In this document: in pieces, positions 32,940 to 43,278 of the stretch | Position numbering within the stretch: position 1 is the first letter of the stretch | How the letters are laid out: each line of letters opens with the position of its first letter | Assembly: GCA_963845755.1 (NCBI GenBank) | Contig: CAWJTV010000012.1 | Coordinates: 96,001 to 160,000, forward strand | Length of the DNA stretch: 64,000 nucleotides | Direction of reading: 5' to 3' | DNA from: an uncultured Planctomycetota bacterium | GTDB lineage: Bacteria; Planctomycetota; Planctomycetia; Isosphaerales; Isosphaeraceae | Notes under the pieces: model-generated | What the model was told of the DNA's origin: nothing | Database searches by the model: none | Seen by the model: only the letters and a program-made list of their open reading frames with translations | Translations under genes and position numbers: made by a program

Positions 32940-34988
32940 CCCATGTTTGGGGTGGCGCATCGTAAGTCCTTGCGGCGCAAGGGTCGGATTTTCCATTAGT
33001 CACTACATGACCGTATTCTCCCCCTCCAGCGGCGCCGGAGGGCGTTGGTCCACCAGCTTCAGCGCCTTCAGCACCCTCCGGGCATCGGGACAGCCGCCGG
33101 CCAGCCCTCGCCGCTGCGGTTGGCCTTCCAGACGGAACGTCACCAGCCTCACGGTCGCCAATGCTTGCATGGCCCGCGACGGCGACAGATCCAACCCCGC
33201 CTCGTTGAGCCGGCGGCCCAGCAGGCGTTGAACCAACAACGCCAACGCCGCCACAAAAATATGAGCCTTGATTCGTATCTCGATCTGGTGATAGATCGGC
33301 CGCAGCGCCAGCACATCCTTGAGTTGGCGGAACCCGCTCTCGACCTCGGTCAATTCCTTGTACATCGCCACCGCGTCCCGCACGCTCAGCCCTTTCTCAC
33401 TCGTCATGATCACATATTTTCCCTCGATCTTCTTCTCACGTCCCAGCCGCGCCTCGCTCTCGGTGATCTCCAGCGTCCCATCCTTGAGTTTCCAATCGAA
33501 GTAGCGATAACCGTGATATTTCTGCATAATCCGCTCGACGGCCGCCCCGATCTTCTCGGGCCGCTTCAAGTTCCCCGCGGCGACGCGCCCCTTGAGCTTC
33601 TCCAGGCGCTGGCCGGCTCGCTCCATCGCCTGTTCCCGCTTCGCCTGCTCGTAGCCGCGGCGCTCGTCCGAGTCGATGACGATGACGCGCAGGTCGGGAT
33701 CTCCGGAGGCGACTTCCTGGGCACGGGTGCGCCGTGGGTTGGTCTTCCGTTCCTGGGTATTGATGCCCCCGGGGCAACGGACCCACTGGGTGTCGTCAAC
33801 GGCGTCGAGCCAACCGTCGATCTGGGCGTTGCGCCGCCGCTTGACGCCAACCAGGAACCCATGCTCGTCTTTCGTAATCGCCTCGATGTTCTCATCGGTG
33901 ACCATACCCCGATCACCGACGAAGACGAGCCGGCCGAAGGCGAACCGCTGGCGCAGGTCGCGGATGACGTCTTGGACCGTGGAATGGTCGATGCAGTTGC
34001 CCGCCCAGACATGATGAGCGATCGGCCAGCCGGCGACCATCACCACGCCGACGACCACCTGGACGTTCTGCGGCTTGCCATCGCGGCTGTAGCCGTGCTT
34101 GGCGAAGTCGCGCGGGCCGGCGCCCTCGAAATAGGTGCTGGTCATATCGTAGAGGACCAGGTCGGGCTTGAAGCTGAAGAGATCGCGAAGGCGGTGGTAG
34201 AGCGCCACTTCGATGCGATCTTTGGCCGCGTGGAGCTGGTCGAGGGTGCGGTACCAGGCGTCGAGCTGGCGGGGATGGACGCGGACCCGTCGGCGTTGGT
34301 GCCAATGAGGAACGAAGCGACGGCCCTTGCGGTCGCAGACGAAATCGGTCTCGAGCCAGCCGGCGAGCCCATGCTCACTGGCCGGGGCGATGAGCCGGTT
34401 GGCGACGAGCACGAAGGCGCGGTCGGCGAAGGGGACGCCCTTGGCGAGCCCGAGGTATTGGTCGAGGATCGCCCAGAGGCCGAGTTGGTCGAACAGGGCC
34501 CGAACGACGAGGATCGGCCCCCAGGTAGAGGCATCGATCACGTGAGGGTCGGCGGGATCGCCGGCGTCGCACTGGGCGTCGCCGTCGAGGAGCCGGCGGA
34601 GCTTGGGGAGCAGCTCGACGAGGAGATCCTTGCGCCCGAGGTCGGCGACGACACGTTGCTTGACCTTGCCGCCGTCGCGGTAAGCTTCGACGACGCGGAC
34701 GTATTCGTGGACGGTGCCGTTCTGGGAGCGGACTTTGACGGTTCTTGGATACATGACTGGTTGCTGGCATCGCTGGCGAGGGATGTCCGGAGATGCACCG
34801 CAATCATTATCACGACAGATTCTGGCGAAATCAAGGTAATTAATCGGAATTCAATTGGAAGTTCCCGCCTAGAGTTGTCACTACACTTTTGGGGCCGGCG
34901 AGACCACAACCCAAGCGAAAAGCCTGGGAAAATAGCGGTTTTTGCGCACAGGACCAGGCGGCCCCGGCTCCGTCACCCCAAACATAGG
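32940..34988 (-). mobile_element. IS1634-family insertion sequence
   Basis: IRs CCCATGTTTGGGGTGGCG / CGTCACCCCAAACATAGG; CTAG on both sides (32936-39 and 34989-92). Confidence 0.88.
33003..34754 (-). CDS. IS1634-family DDE transposase
   Basis: 'YVRVVEAYRDGGKVKQRVVADLGR', 'LYDMTSTYFEG', 'GYSRDGKP', 'VGDRGM' and 'VESGFRQLK...RPIYH' motifs. Confidence 0.92.
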   Translation of the reverse strand: MYPRTVKVRSQNGTVHEYVRVVEAYRDGGKVKQRVVADLGRKDLLVELLPKLRRLLDGDAQCDAGDPADPHVIDASTWGPILVVRALFDQLGLWAILDQYLGLAKGVPFADRAFVLVANRLIAPASEHGLAGWLETDFVCDRKGRRFVPHWHQRRRVRVHPRQLDAWYRTLDQLHAAKDRIEVALYHRLRDLFSFKPDLVLYDMTSTYFEGAGPRDFAKHGYSRDGKPQNVQVVVGVVMVAGWPIAHHVWAGNCIDHSTVQDVIRDLRQRFAFGRLVFVGDRGMVTDENIEAITKDEHGFLVGVKRRRNAQIDGWLDAVDDTQWVRCPGGINTQERKTNPRRTRAQEVASGDPDLRVIVIDSDERRGYEQAKREQAMERAGQRLEKLKGRVAAGNLKRPEKIGAAVERIMQKYHGYRYFDWKLKDGTLEITESEARLGREKKIEGKYVIMTSEKGLSVRDAVAMYKELTEVESGFRQLKDVLALRPIYHQIEIRIKAHIFVAALALLVQRLLGRRLNEAGLDLSPSRAMQALATVRLVTFRLEGQPQRRGLAGGCPDARRVLKALKLVDQRPPAPLEGENTVM

Positions 34989-34991
34989 CTA

Positions 34992-36213
34992 GTGCTTTGT
35001 CACAGCTAAAAATTGGGGTTGGGGAAACCTCCGCGACCGTGGATGATACGGGGAACAAGGAGGCCCCCATGAACAAGAAGTACATTGTCCGGCTTACGGC
35101 TGAGGAACGGGACGAGTTGGCGGCCGTGATCAAGAAGTTGAAGGGAACCAGCGAGAAGGTTCGACGCGCCCAGATCCTGTTCAAGGCCGATGCGGACGGT
35201 CCGAACTGGACCGATCGTCGCATCGCCGAGGCGTTCGGATGCCGAACGCAGACCGTCGAGAACATTCGTCAGCGTCTCGTGGAGTACGGCTTTCGAGAGG
35301 CATTGGACCGCAGCAGGCGCCAGATGCCGCCGGTCGAGAAGCGACTCAACGGCGAACAGGAGGCGAAGATCATCGCCACACGGCTCGGGTCACCGCCCCC
35401 GGGTTATGCCAACTGGACGCTGCGGCTCTTAGCTCGAAAGGTGGTGGAACTGGGGATCGTCGAAACCGTCAGTTACGAGACGGTGCGGCGGACTCTGAAA
35501 AAAACGGGATGACCAACCGCAAGATCGAGTACTGGGTCATCCCGCCCGAGGCTGACGGTGAGTTCGTGGCCCACATGGAAGAGGTGCTGGAGACCTACGC
35601 CAAGCCTTACGACTCGATGCGGCCGATCCTGTCCATGGACGAACAGCCGGTGCAATTGCTGAAGGAGTCCCGCGTGCCGATCCCTGCCACGCGCCGACAC
35701 GCCAAGCGCGTGAACTACGAATACGAGCGTGCCGGGACGGCGAACATCTTTATGTTCACCGAGCCGCTGGCGGGCTGGCGCGAGGTGGCCGTCCGGGATA
35801 CCAAGACCAAGGTCGAACTGGGCGATCGAGATGGCCGCGCTGTTGGAGGGCCGTTATGCCAGTGCCGAGCGAGTGATCGTGGTATGCGACAACTTGAACA
35901 CGCACACCAAGGGTGCCTTCTACGAAGTCTTTGCACCGCCCCGTGCTCGCCAGTTGGTCCGCCGCATCGAGTTCTGCTACACCCCCAAGCACGGCAGTTG
36001 GCTGAACATCGCCGAGAACGAGCTCAGCTCGTTGACGCGGCAGTGTATAGCCGGCCGCCGCTTCGGTGATGCCCAGGCGCTGCGAGTGGAGACCACCGCT
36101 TGGTCAACCGACGTCAACAGCACCCAGCGCGGAGTGGATTGGCAGATGAAGATCGACGATGCCCGCTCCAAATTGAAGTCGATCTACCCCAAAATTAAGC
36201 TGTGACAGAGCAC
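34992..36213 (+). mobile_element. IS630-family insertion sequence
   Basis: IRs GTGCTTTGTCACAGCT / AGCTGTGACAGAGCAC with TA duplication (34990-91 and 36214-15). Confidence 0.9.
35069..36205 (+). CDS. IS630 transposase; probable programmed shift at CTGAAAAAAAC (about 35495-35505) plus an extra indel near 35815
   Basis: HTH OrfA 'WTLRLLA...SYETVRRTLKK'; DDE motifs 'SMDEQP', 'VCDNLNTH', 'PKHGSWLNIAE'. Confidence 0.88.
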
Positions 36214-36219
36214 TAGCCC

Positions 36220-38448
36220 TCAGCGCACGTCCCAGACGATGGCGCTGCCCCGGTGGAATCCGGTGAAGAGCTTGGTGCCGTCGGGTGAGAACGCCAGCAC
36301 GTAGGCCCGGTTGTCAACAGGTTCGAGCGTGAGGTACTGCCCACCAGTCGCGATGTCATAGAGGCGGATCGTGTCCTGGCCGAGATCGTCGCCGTACCGG
36401 ATGTCCGAGGTCGCCAGGGTGCGACCGCCGGGGGCGAGCCCAGGTGGCAGCCGTGCCGGTGCGGATGCCGGAACTTCCGGCGCATCAGGCCCGACTCGAC
36501 GTCCCACACGTAGACCCACTCCATCTGGCATGAGACCAGCGTGCGGCCGTCGGCGCTGAACGTGGCCTCCCACATGTCGGGCTTGCGGGGCTGCCCGGCC
36601 TTCTGCTCCTCCGGAGTCCGCCATTCGGCCAGGAATCGGCGCTGCTCGTGGCCGGTGAGAGCACTAAAGCGGATCACGTCGCCACCCCTCAGGGCCGCCT
36701 GGAACCAGGGCGTGTTGCCCGCGAATTGCATTCGGGCCACGGGAGGGAACCCGACCCGCTGATCCCGGGGGGGGATGGACCAACGGGTCCGCCCCGTCCC
36801 GACCTCGATCCCCAGGAAATGCGTATCGCCGTAGGCACCGTCCGAGGTGGCGATGACGACGATCCGCCCATCGGGCGCCATCGCCGCCGATCGGATCGCT
36901 TTCTGAGGGACCTCGCGCACCGTCCGGCCGCTGTCGGCCTCGTAGAATACGACGATCCCATGGTCCTCAGTCACCGGGTCATCGCGAATGCCGGCCGCGA
37001 CCACGAGCTTGCCGTCGCGCGAGAAGCACACAGACGCTGCGCGGGGGTTCCGCCCGATCGGGCTGACGACCGGTGCCAGGGGCTTATGCCAGATCAGCTT
37101 GCCGGTCGCGCCGTCCCAGACGCGCACGAGGCCGTCGAACTGGCCGACCGCAAGCCGGTCGCCCGATGGCGACCAGGCCGCCGAGGCGACATAGCCTACG
37201 GGCGTACTCTCGTCGTGGTGCAGCCGTCGGCCGGTCGAGACCTCGAAGAGGCTGATCGCGTTGGCGATCGGCATGGCGACGAGGCGGCCATCGGGCGAGA
37301 ACGCCGGCCGCCCGCCCGATGAGCCGGGTAGTTCAATCGTCCGCTCGGTCCAGCCGGTCGCAGCGTCGAGGATGCGAAGCCGGTTGTGGTCGGCCACCGC
37401 CACGCGCCGGCCGTCACGCGACAGCGCTCCGTAGCCGAAGCCGTAGTCCTCGTCGCCGTGGTAATCGGCGATGCGCTCACCGCTCGCGACGTCCCAGAAT
37501 CGGACCTCGCTCATCGCCACGTGCGAGTGCCGGCCCCGGAGCTTCGTCTCCTCGCGTCGCTTCGCGGTCTGCCCGGCCGACATGATCCGACGCCCATCGG
37601 GCGTCACCGCCACGCAGTTCAGCCGGGGATTGATCGACTCGTCCAGAGGCGTGCCGTGCGCCAGGGGATCTTGCGCAGGAGCCGGCCATCGCCGATCTGC
37701 CAGATGAAGAGTGTGGCATCGCCGGAGGTCCCCGCGACGAGCCGGGTCCCGTCGGGCGTGAACGCCAGACATCCGATGCCTTGCCGGCCCATGACGGTCC
37801 CCACGACCTTCGGTGCTTCGAGCTGGCCCGCCGCCGGGCGCGGTCGCGTCGAGAGGTCTCGAACGACTTCCGCAGGCTTCGCCACTCGCCGGAGGCGGAC
37901 GACCTCATCGCCCCCGATGGCGATCAGGCTGCCATCGGGAGAGAATGCGACCTCGTTGACCTCGTCTTCGCGCAGCCTCTCGCGGAACAAGAGCCGGTTG
38001 CCCGGCAGGTCCATAGCGCGACTTGGCCGTCGTATTCCCCCCAGAGCAGTTTCGTGCCGTCCGGTGAGAGCGCGAGCGACCCGACACCGCCCTCCCGATT
38101 CCCCGGCGCGACGATCTGCTTGACCTCCTGGCCGGTCCGCACGTCGAAGATGACGACCCGTGGACTCGCGGCGACGCCGCCCGCGACGGCGACCGAACGG
38201 CCGTCGGGCGAGAAGGCGAACACAGGGTGGAGGTCCTGCGCCCGCAGGTCGTCCGTGCCGATTCGCAGCAGCGCTCGCGGCGGTAGGGCTCGTTTGGCGG
38301 CGTCCGTCCGGGGCGGATCGCTCCGCTCTGCGGAGGCCGCACCGGGCGCGATTTGCGCCTCGGACTGCACACCGGGTGGCCCTAGGGCGAGAACCGTCAC
38401 CGCGCCCGTGATAGTCCGGATTGCAAGCCGCGCACGGACAAGCTGCAT
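36220..38448 (-). CDS. Secreted WD40-repeat protein, multiple indels
   Basis: Signal peptide, 'LPPRALLRIGT' and repeated 'AFSPDG...WD' units across four or five overlapping ORFs. Confidence 0.75.
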
Positions 38449-38716
38449 GGCCTATTTCTCATGGAACCCTAAAAGGTTTGATCTCCGGATCACCCGTTCT
38501 ACGTCCAGGCATCGTTCCGCGCCACCTGACCGGCTCAACTATGGATCAGGCTTTGCGCTGAAACGACGGTTGGACTCGGCGCCGCAAGACGAAATCGGTC
38601 CACACGAGGTGGAAAGTCGGGTGGGCTCTACCTACCGGCGGGAAGCCTTCTTCCCGCATCGTCCCGCACCCGACCGTCCGCGCCAACGATGAATCGGGCA
38701 ATGCGCCCGAAGGGAC

Positions 38717-39226
38717 TCATTTCGGCTCCAGCGGGTCGGGCTCGACGGTAAGCCAGGGGCGGGATGCGGCGGCCATATACTTCCGCCCGAGTGCGGCGTG
38801 GTATTCCGCCAGCTTTCGGTGAGGCTCCGTCACCCGTTGGGCGTAATTGGCCTGGATCTCGCGTCTCTTGTCCGCCATCGAACGCACTCTCGCTTGGGCT
38901 TCTCTGAAACGATCGTGCCCCTCGGGTTGAATCGGTTTCCCCTCAGGGAAACCGAACCATCGTTCGATCCCCCTGTCAAGTTCGTCGCTCGTCTCCGGAG
39001 GGGACGCCGGCACTTGGTTCGCCAATCCGTTGCCAGCGGCGAGAGTCGCGGCCGATGCAACCGAGCGGCGGTAGAATGCTTCCGCCTCGGCGTGCCATGT
39101 CGCCCTCGCGAGGCAACTCTCACGCTTCCGCTTGAGTCGTCTCGCCTCGCGATAGCCGCCGAACAGCAGCGCCACGACCGCCACCGCGATCATCCACCGC
39201 CCTGTCGTCATTCGGGGCAGTCGCAT
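38717..39226 (-). CDS. Hypothetical N-anchored helical protein (paralog of 39288-39552)
   Basis: 'MRLPRMTTGRWMIAVAVVALL' N-terminus; 'YMAAASRPWLTVEPDP' C-terminus. Confidence 0.75.
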   Translation of the reverse strand: MRLPRMTTGRWMIAVAVVALLFGGYREARRLKRKRESCLARATWHAEAEAFYRRSVASAATLAAGNGLANQVPASPPETSDELDRGIERWFGFPEGKPIQPEGHDRFREAQARVRSMADKRREIQANYAQRVTEPHRKLAEYHAALGRKYMAAASRPWLTVEPDPLEPK

Positions 39227-39287
39227 GGCTCACGGCCCTCTCGTTCACACCCCACCAGCCTTTGCGGCTCACTCGTCCCCCGTCGCT

Positions 39288-39552
39288 TCACTCCGAATCC
39301 GGCCCGACCGCCAACCACGGCCGGGCCGCCCGCCCGTTGGTACATCCTCGCAAGCCTTTCGTTGTGCTCTGCAGCTCTCAGGTCCCCCGCGGGGCCTGCC
39401 GTGCCACGCAGATGATCGGCCAAGTTCTCATGGACCGCGGCCAGCCGCATGAATTGGGCCGCCCGCCGCAACATCACGAAGGCCCCGAGCAGCAGCGAGA
39501 CGGTTAGGACCGCCACCATCCACCGCCGCGTCGTCATCCGGGGTAGTCGCAT
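39288..39552 (-). CDS. Hypothetical N-anchored protein; indel near 39330
   Basis: 'MRLPRMTTRRWMVAVLTVSLL'; corrected tail 'YQRAAARPWLAVGPDSE*' matches its neighbour. Confidence 0.65.
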
Positions 39553-39577
39553 CGCTGAAGCCCTCATCTCACCCCAC

Positions 39578-39812
39578 TCACTCCCCCAGCCGCCCCGAGC
39601 CCTTCGCCTGGTCGAGCGCATTGCGGCGTTCGGCTTCCGCCTGCGCCGCCGCCACGGCTCGATTCGCCTCCGCCGCTGCCCGCAGGCGCGTACGCCGCGG
39701 CCTGCCGTTCCGCCGCCAGCCTCTTCGTTCGCTCGGCCACCAGCGCCGCGATGATGACAAGGAGCATCAGAGTACGGATGCGGACGCGCCAGCGGGGACG
39801 TTGCTGTTTCAT
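39578..39812 (-). CDS. Small N-anchored coiled-coil protein; one indel
   Basis: 'RWRVRIRTLMLLVIIAALV' followed by an Ala/Arg/Glu-rich helix. Confidence 0.55.
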
Positions 39813-39939
39813 GGTCGGGATCTCGACGCCGTTTGCCTGAAAGGTCTCAGCTCTGGATCACCCGTTCCGGCTCACCGCCATAGTCCCGCGCCCGACTGTT
39901 CGCGCGAGCTATAAATGGGACGTTCCGATCACGCGCTCA

Positions 39940-40382
39940 TCAAATGGCCGGCCCATCGCGCCAGACGCCTTTGTCGTCCTCTTGCTTGGTCTTCCCCGTC
40001 TGCTTCTGAGAGCAGCCCAAGGCGAGAGTGCCAAAGCAGCCGATCACTCGCATCACCCAGCCGGCGAAGACGCCTGTCATCATCCCGACGACCGCCCCGA
40101 AGCTCAGGAACAAGATCGAGAAAAGTAAGCTCAGGAACAATTCACCGAACGTGTTCGGATAGCGAGGCGGCGTTGGGGAACGAGATGTTCAGGCGGTTAT
40201 CATGGAGATCGAGTGTCACCAGACGATGCAATGGTCGTTGATTCTTCGGGATTCCTCGAACTGAAAGACCGAGCGGGCCGCCGAAAGTATGCCGGCAGCG
40301 ATCTCCGAGCGCAACGGAACCCTGCCAGAGGTCACCACGCCAGACAATTACGATGGGATGAGTCTCATCGAGCATACGCATG
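39940..40382 (-). CDS. Putative small membrane protein, frameshifted
   Basis: Hydrophobic C-terminal ORF 39940-40140; lies between two repeats; frame unclear. Confidence 0.3.
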
Positions 40383-40491
40383 GATCGTACCTGATACGCC
40401 GTGGCAAGGGTCGATACTGGATCACCCGTTACGCGTCCCGCCATTGTCCCGCGCCCGCCTGTCCGGGCCAACTATGAATCAGACTTTGCGC

Positions 40492-40896
40492 TCACAGCGT
40501 TGGGGAGAGTCTCGGGGGACGACCCGCCAGTGCGTCCTCATACGCCTCTCGGATGATAGGGGTGACCGGGTAAAGAGGCCCGTGAACCATCGACAACTGC
40601 TCTCGGATCTCATTCGGGCTTACCACACCGGAGGCAATCGACCCGCACATCACTTCGTAGGCAATCGCATAGAGTTCCGCCTCCGGTAAGACTTCCGACA
40701 TATCTTTCAGGAACAGCGTCCTGCCTACGGCCTCGAATTCCTTCCGCTCCCGCTCTATTTTCTGCCGTTCCTCCTCGGAGAGGAGGTGGTCTATGGTCGT
40801 CTTGGGAAAGAGCTTCTCGAAGGCATCGTCATCCAGCCAGACGAGACGACCGCCAGAGGGGGCGTCGTTTGGCCCTGGGGACTCGGGTGTCAACAT
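40492..40896 (-). CDS. Hypothetical protein
   Basis: RBS GAGGGGAG before ATG at 40896; coding-like composition; stop overlaps a repeat core. Confidence 0.65.
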   Translation of the reverse strand: MLTPESPGPNDAPSGGRLVWLDDDAFEKLFPKTTIDHLLSEEERQKIERERKEFEAVGRTLFLKDMSEVLPEAELYAIAYEVMCGSIASGVVSPNEIREQLSMVHGPLYPVTPIIREAYEDALAGRPPRLSPTL

Positions 40897-40972
40897 GGGC
40901 CTCCCCTCGATCAAAGCGCTTGGCGCCCCGGACATCACCCGGAGCATCTGATCTATAGATCAGACCTTACGC

Positions 40973-41712
40973 TCAATCCTCGCATTCGTACCGCCACTCG
41001 TCGGACAATTTCAGATCCAAGTACAGGTTGTAGAGCGGACCGCTGGCACGCCCAGTGGGCGCGCGCCGGGGGAGGCGCCGACTCGGACGAACCCAGAGCG
41101 ACCCGATGGGTCCCGGTCGATGATCAGGCCGACATTGCCACTGGAGGGATCGACTGCCGTGGCGACTACGCGGAACAACCCGGCCCATTCCGGGCTGGTG
41201 ATCCCCTGCCCGGCGGCAACACGATTGGCTAGGCGATCCAAAGCCCGCGCGGAGGCGAGGAATGCCAGGCGTAGCGGCCAAGGGGTGAGGAGCATCGTGA
41301 GCGGAAGGATGCCCGATGCGACAACCAACGGCCAAGCCCAGAACGTGGCGCGTTGTGATCTCGTTTCTCGCCGCGTCGCTGTGGTCGCCCAGGCGGCACC
41401 GGCACTGAAGACCAGCGGAAAGGCCAAGAGCCAGACGAGGAGCATCAGGAAGACGCCGCCCATACAGAGTCGGTGAATGCACAGGCCGGCGGTCGCGATG
41501 TTGCTCAAGGCGGCCACGAGCCCGAAACAGGCGGCCGAGACCCGTCGGAAGCCATGGAAGATCCACCACAGTACGCCGATCAGGGCGAGGTAAGCCAGTC
41601 CGAATGCGACGAACAGGCCGATTGGTGAACGCGCGGCGACGAGGAGTCCAGCCGCCGCCGCGACCACGATCATGAGATTCCAGATCGTGAACCGAACGCG
41701 GGGCCATCGCAT
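40973..41712 (-). CDS. Hypothetical multi-TM membrane protein; indel near 41045
   Basis: 'MRWPRVRFTIWNLMIVVA' N-terminus and several TM helices; corrected tail 'GPLYNLYLDLKLSDEWRYECED*' stops at 40973. Confidence 0.7.
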
Positions 41713-41822
41713 GGCTCACTCCTGCCACGTCTCATCACTAATCGCCCGTTCCACGTCCCGGCCTCGTCACGCGACCGTCTGACCGGGTCAACTATAATTC
41801 AGACTTGTCACTGGAAGCTCGC

Positions 41823-42359
41823 TCAGCGGAGAAGGGCAAAGCTGCGATACAGGGCGACAACTAGCACGATCCAAGCGAGCCCGATTACGAATCCGAGCCA
41901 GTCGATCCAGGAACGCTCAAATCGCCACCGCCCTCCCAGAATACTCGCCGACCAGGCACCGATCACAGCGAAGCCAGGACTTTGGTAGAAGTTGTGTGAG
42001 AACGGCGTTATCACGAAGTCAGGTCGCGCCCCCCCGACGATCTGCAAAACCATTAAGGTCGTTTCCAGAGCGATGGCGCATGACATGGCGACGATCGCTG
42101 AGGTGCCCGGATAGTCTGCCAGAAGCCTTACAGGATGTCGGGGAGTTCGAAGCCGTAAGACGAGGCAGGCGACGGTGCAAGCGGCAAGCATGGGGGGGAC
42201 ATAGAGGAGAGAATCTCTCACGTATCCGAATCGGTCCGAGAGCGAAACGAACCTCGGGGGAGCGGGAAGGAAGCTCGTCAAGCTCGTTCGGCATAGCGCC
42301 AAGCCAACCGCAATCGCCGCCACTAACAAGACTGCGTCGAGGAGGTTGAATCTTCGCAT
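41823..42359 (-). CDS. Hypothetical membrane protein
   Basis: 'MRRFNLLDAVLLVAAIAVGL', 'LRLRTPR' and 'GRWRFERSWIDWLG' segments; about five TM helices. Confidence 0.75.
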   Translation of the reverse strand: MRRFNLLDAVLLVAAIAVGLALCRTSLTSFLPAPPRFVSLSDRFGYVRDSLLYVPPMLAACTVACLVLRLRTPRHPVRLLADYPGTSAIVAMSCAIALETTLMVLQIVGGARPDFVITPFSHNFYQSPGFAVIGAWSASILGGRWRFERSWIDWLGFVIGLAWIVLVVALYRSFALLR

Positions 42360-42547
42360 GGCGGTCCGATCTACGACGGCCTCTTGGCAACTATCGCCTC
42401 TAGTCCACCCGTTCCAGCTCCGGCCATCGTCCCGCGCCCACCTGTCCGGGTCAACCATGACCCAGGCTTTACACTTTGGACTATGGCTCTTCAACCCCAC
42501 AATCCAGGAGCGGTCGCCAGGCAGATCGATGGGCAGAGCACGGCGAT

Positions 42548-43278
42548 TCAGCGGACGCGGCCGGACTTTCCGAGGCGTTCGAGGGAGTCTCTGGCCACCT
42601 CGGTAGGCTGGGCATCGGGATGGCCGGTGGCCATGTCCCTGAGGATGGCGATCGCCTCCGGGGTGCCGATGTGCTCCAGCAGTGCGATGGTGCGCACGAT
42701 TCGGGTCCACTTCTTCTTGGGGTTGCGCCGATTCGGTTGAGGTCCTCGATCTTGTGGTCGGCCCTCAAGAAACTCTTAAGGGTGCCGAAGTAGAACATGC
42801 CGTTCCGGCTCCTCCCGAAATTGACCTCCTGATCCCCGAACCAGCCGGCCTCCTTCCCGCTCATCACCTCGACCATCCGTTTCCTCGCCGGGCTCTCCTT
42901 GTAGCGATCCATCAACGTCTCGAGGTCCATCGCCAGCCGCGGATCAAAGTATTCGAGTTCCTCGAAGGCCGGCCTCCAGACTTTCTCGTTCTCGTTCCCC
43001 AGCTTTAGTAGCAGCGCCCGTACTGCTCCGGGCGTGATCTTCAGCGGCTTCATCTTCGTCTTGAGGAACGCGACCGCCTTCTCGCGCCGGTCAGCCAGGC
43101 TGAGCAGGGCGCGTATGGCGTCGGTCTCACCCTTCTCCAGATCCGCCCACCAGACATCCGTCGTGCCTGGGCTGTCCCTCGGGCTCATGCCCGGATTGGC
43201 CGCCGGTGGGCGATGCTCAACAGGCTGGATCGTGAACGCAAGCAGCGCTAGGAACAACAATGGTAGGAGTCGCATCAT
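42548..43278 (-). CDS. Secreted helical (HEAT-like) hypothetical protein; indel near 42722
   Basis: Signal peptide; corrected tail 'RTIALLEHIGTPEAIAILRDMATG...ERLGKSGRVR*'. Confidence 0.65.

Noticed and set aside
38487..42475. Repeats read as a CRISPR array or classical integron attC sites
   Set aside because: Spacing is 0.1-1.2 kb with whole genes in between and the copies are degenerate; there are no cas genes, no RYYYAAC..GTTRRRY ends, no long hairpin and no intI.
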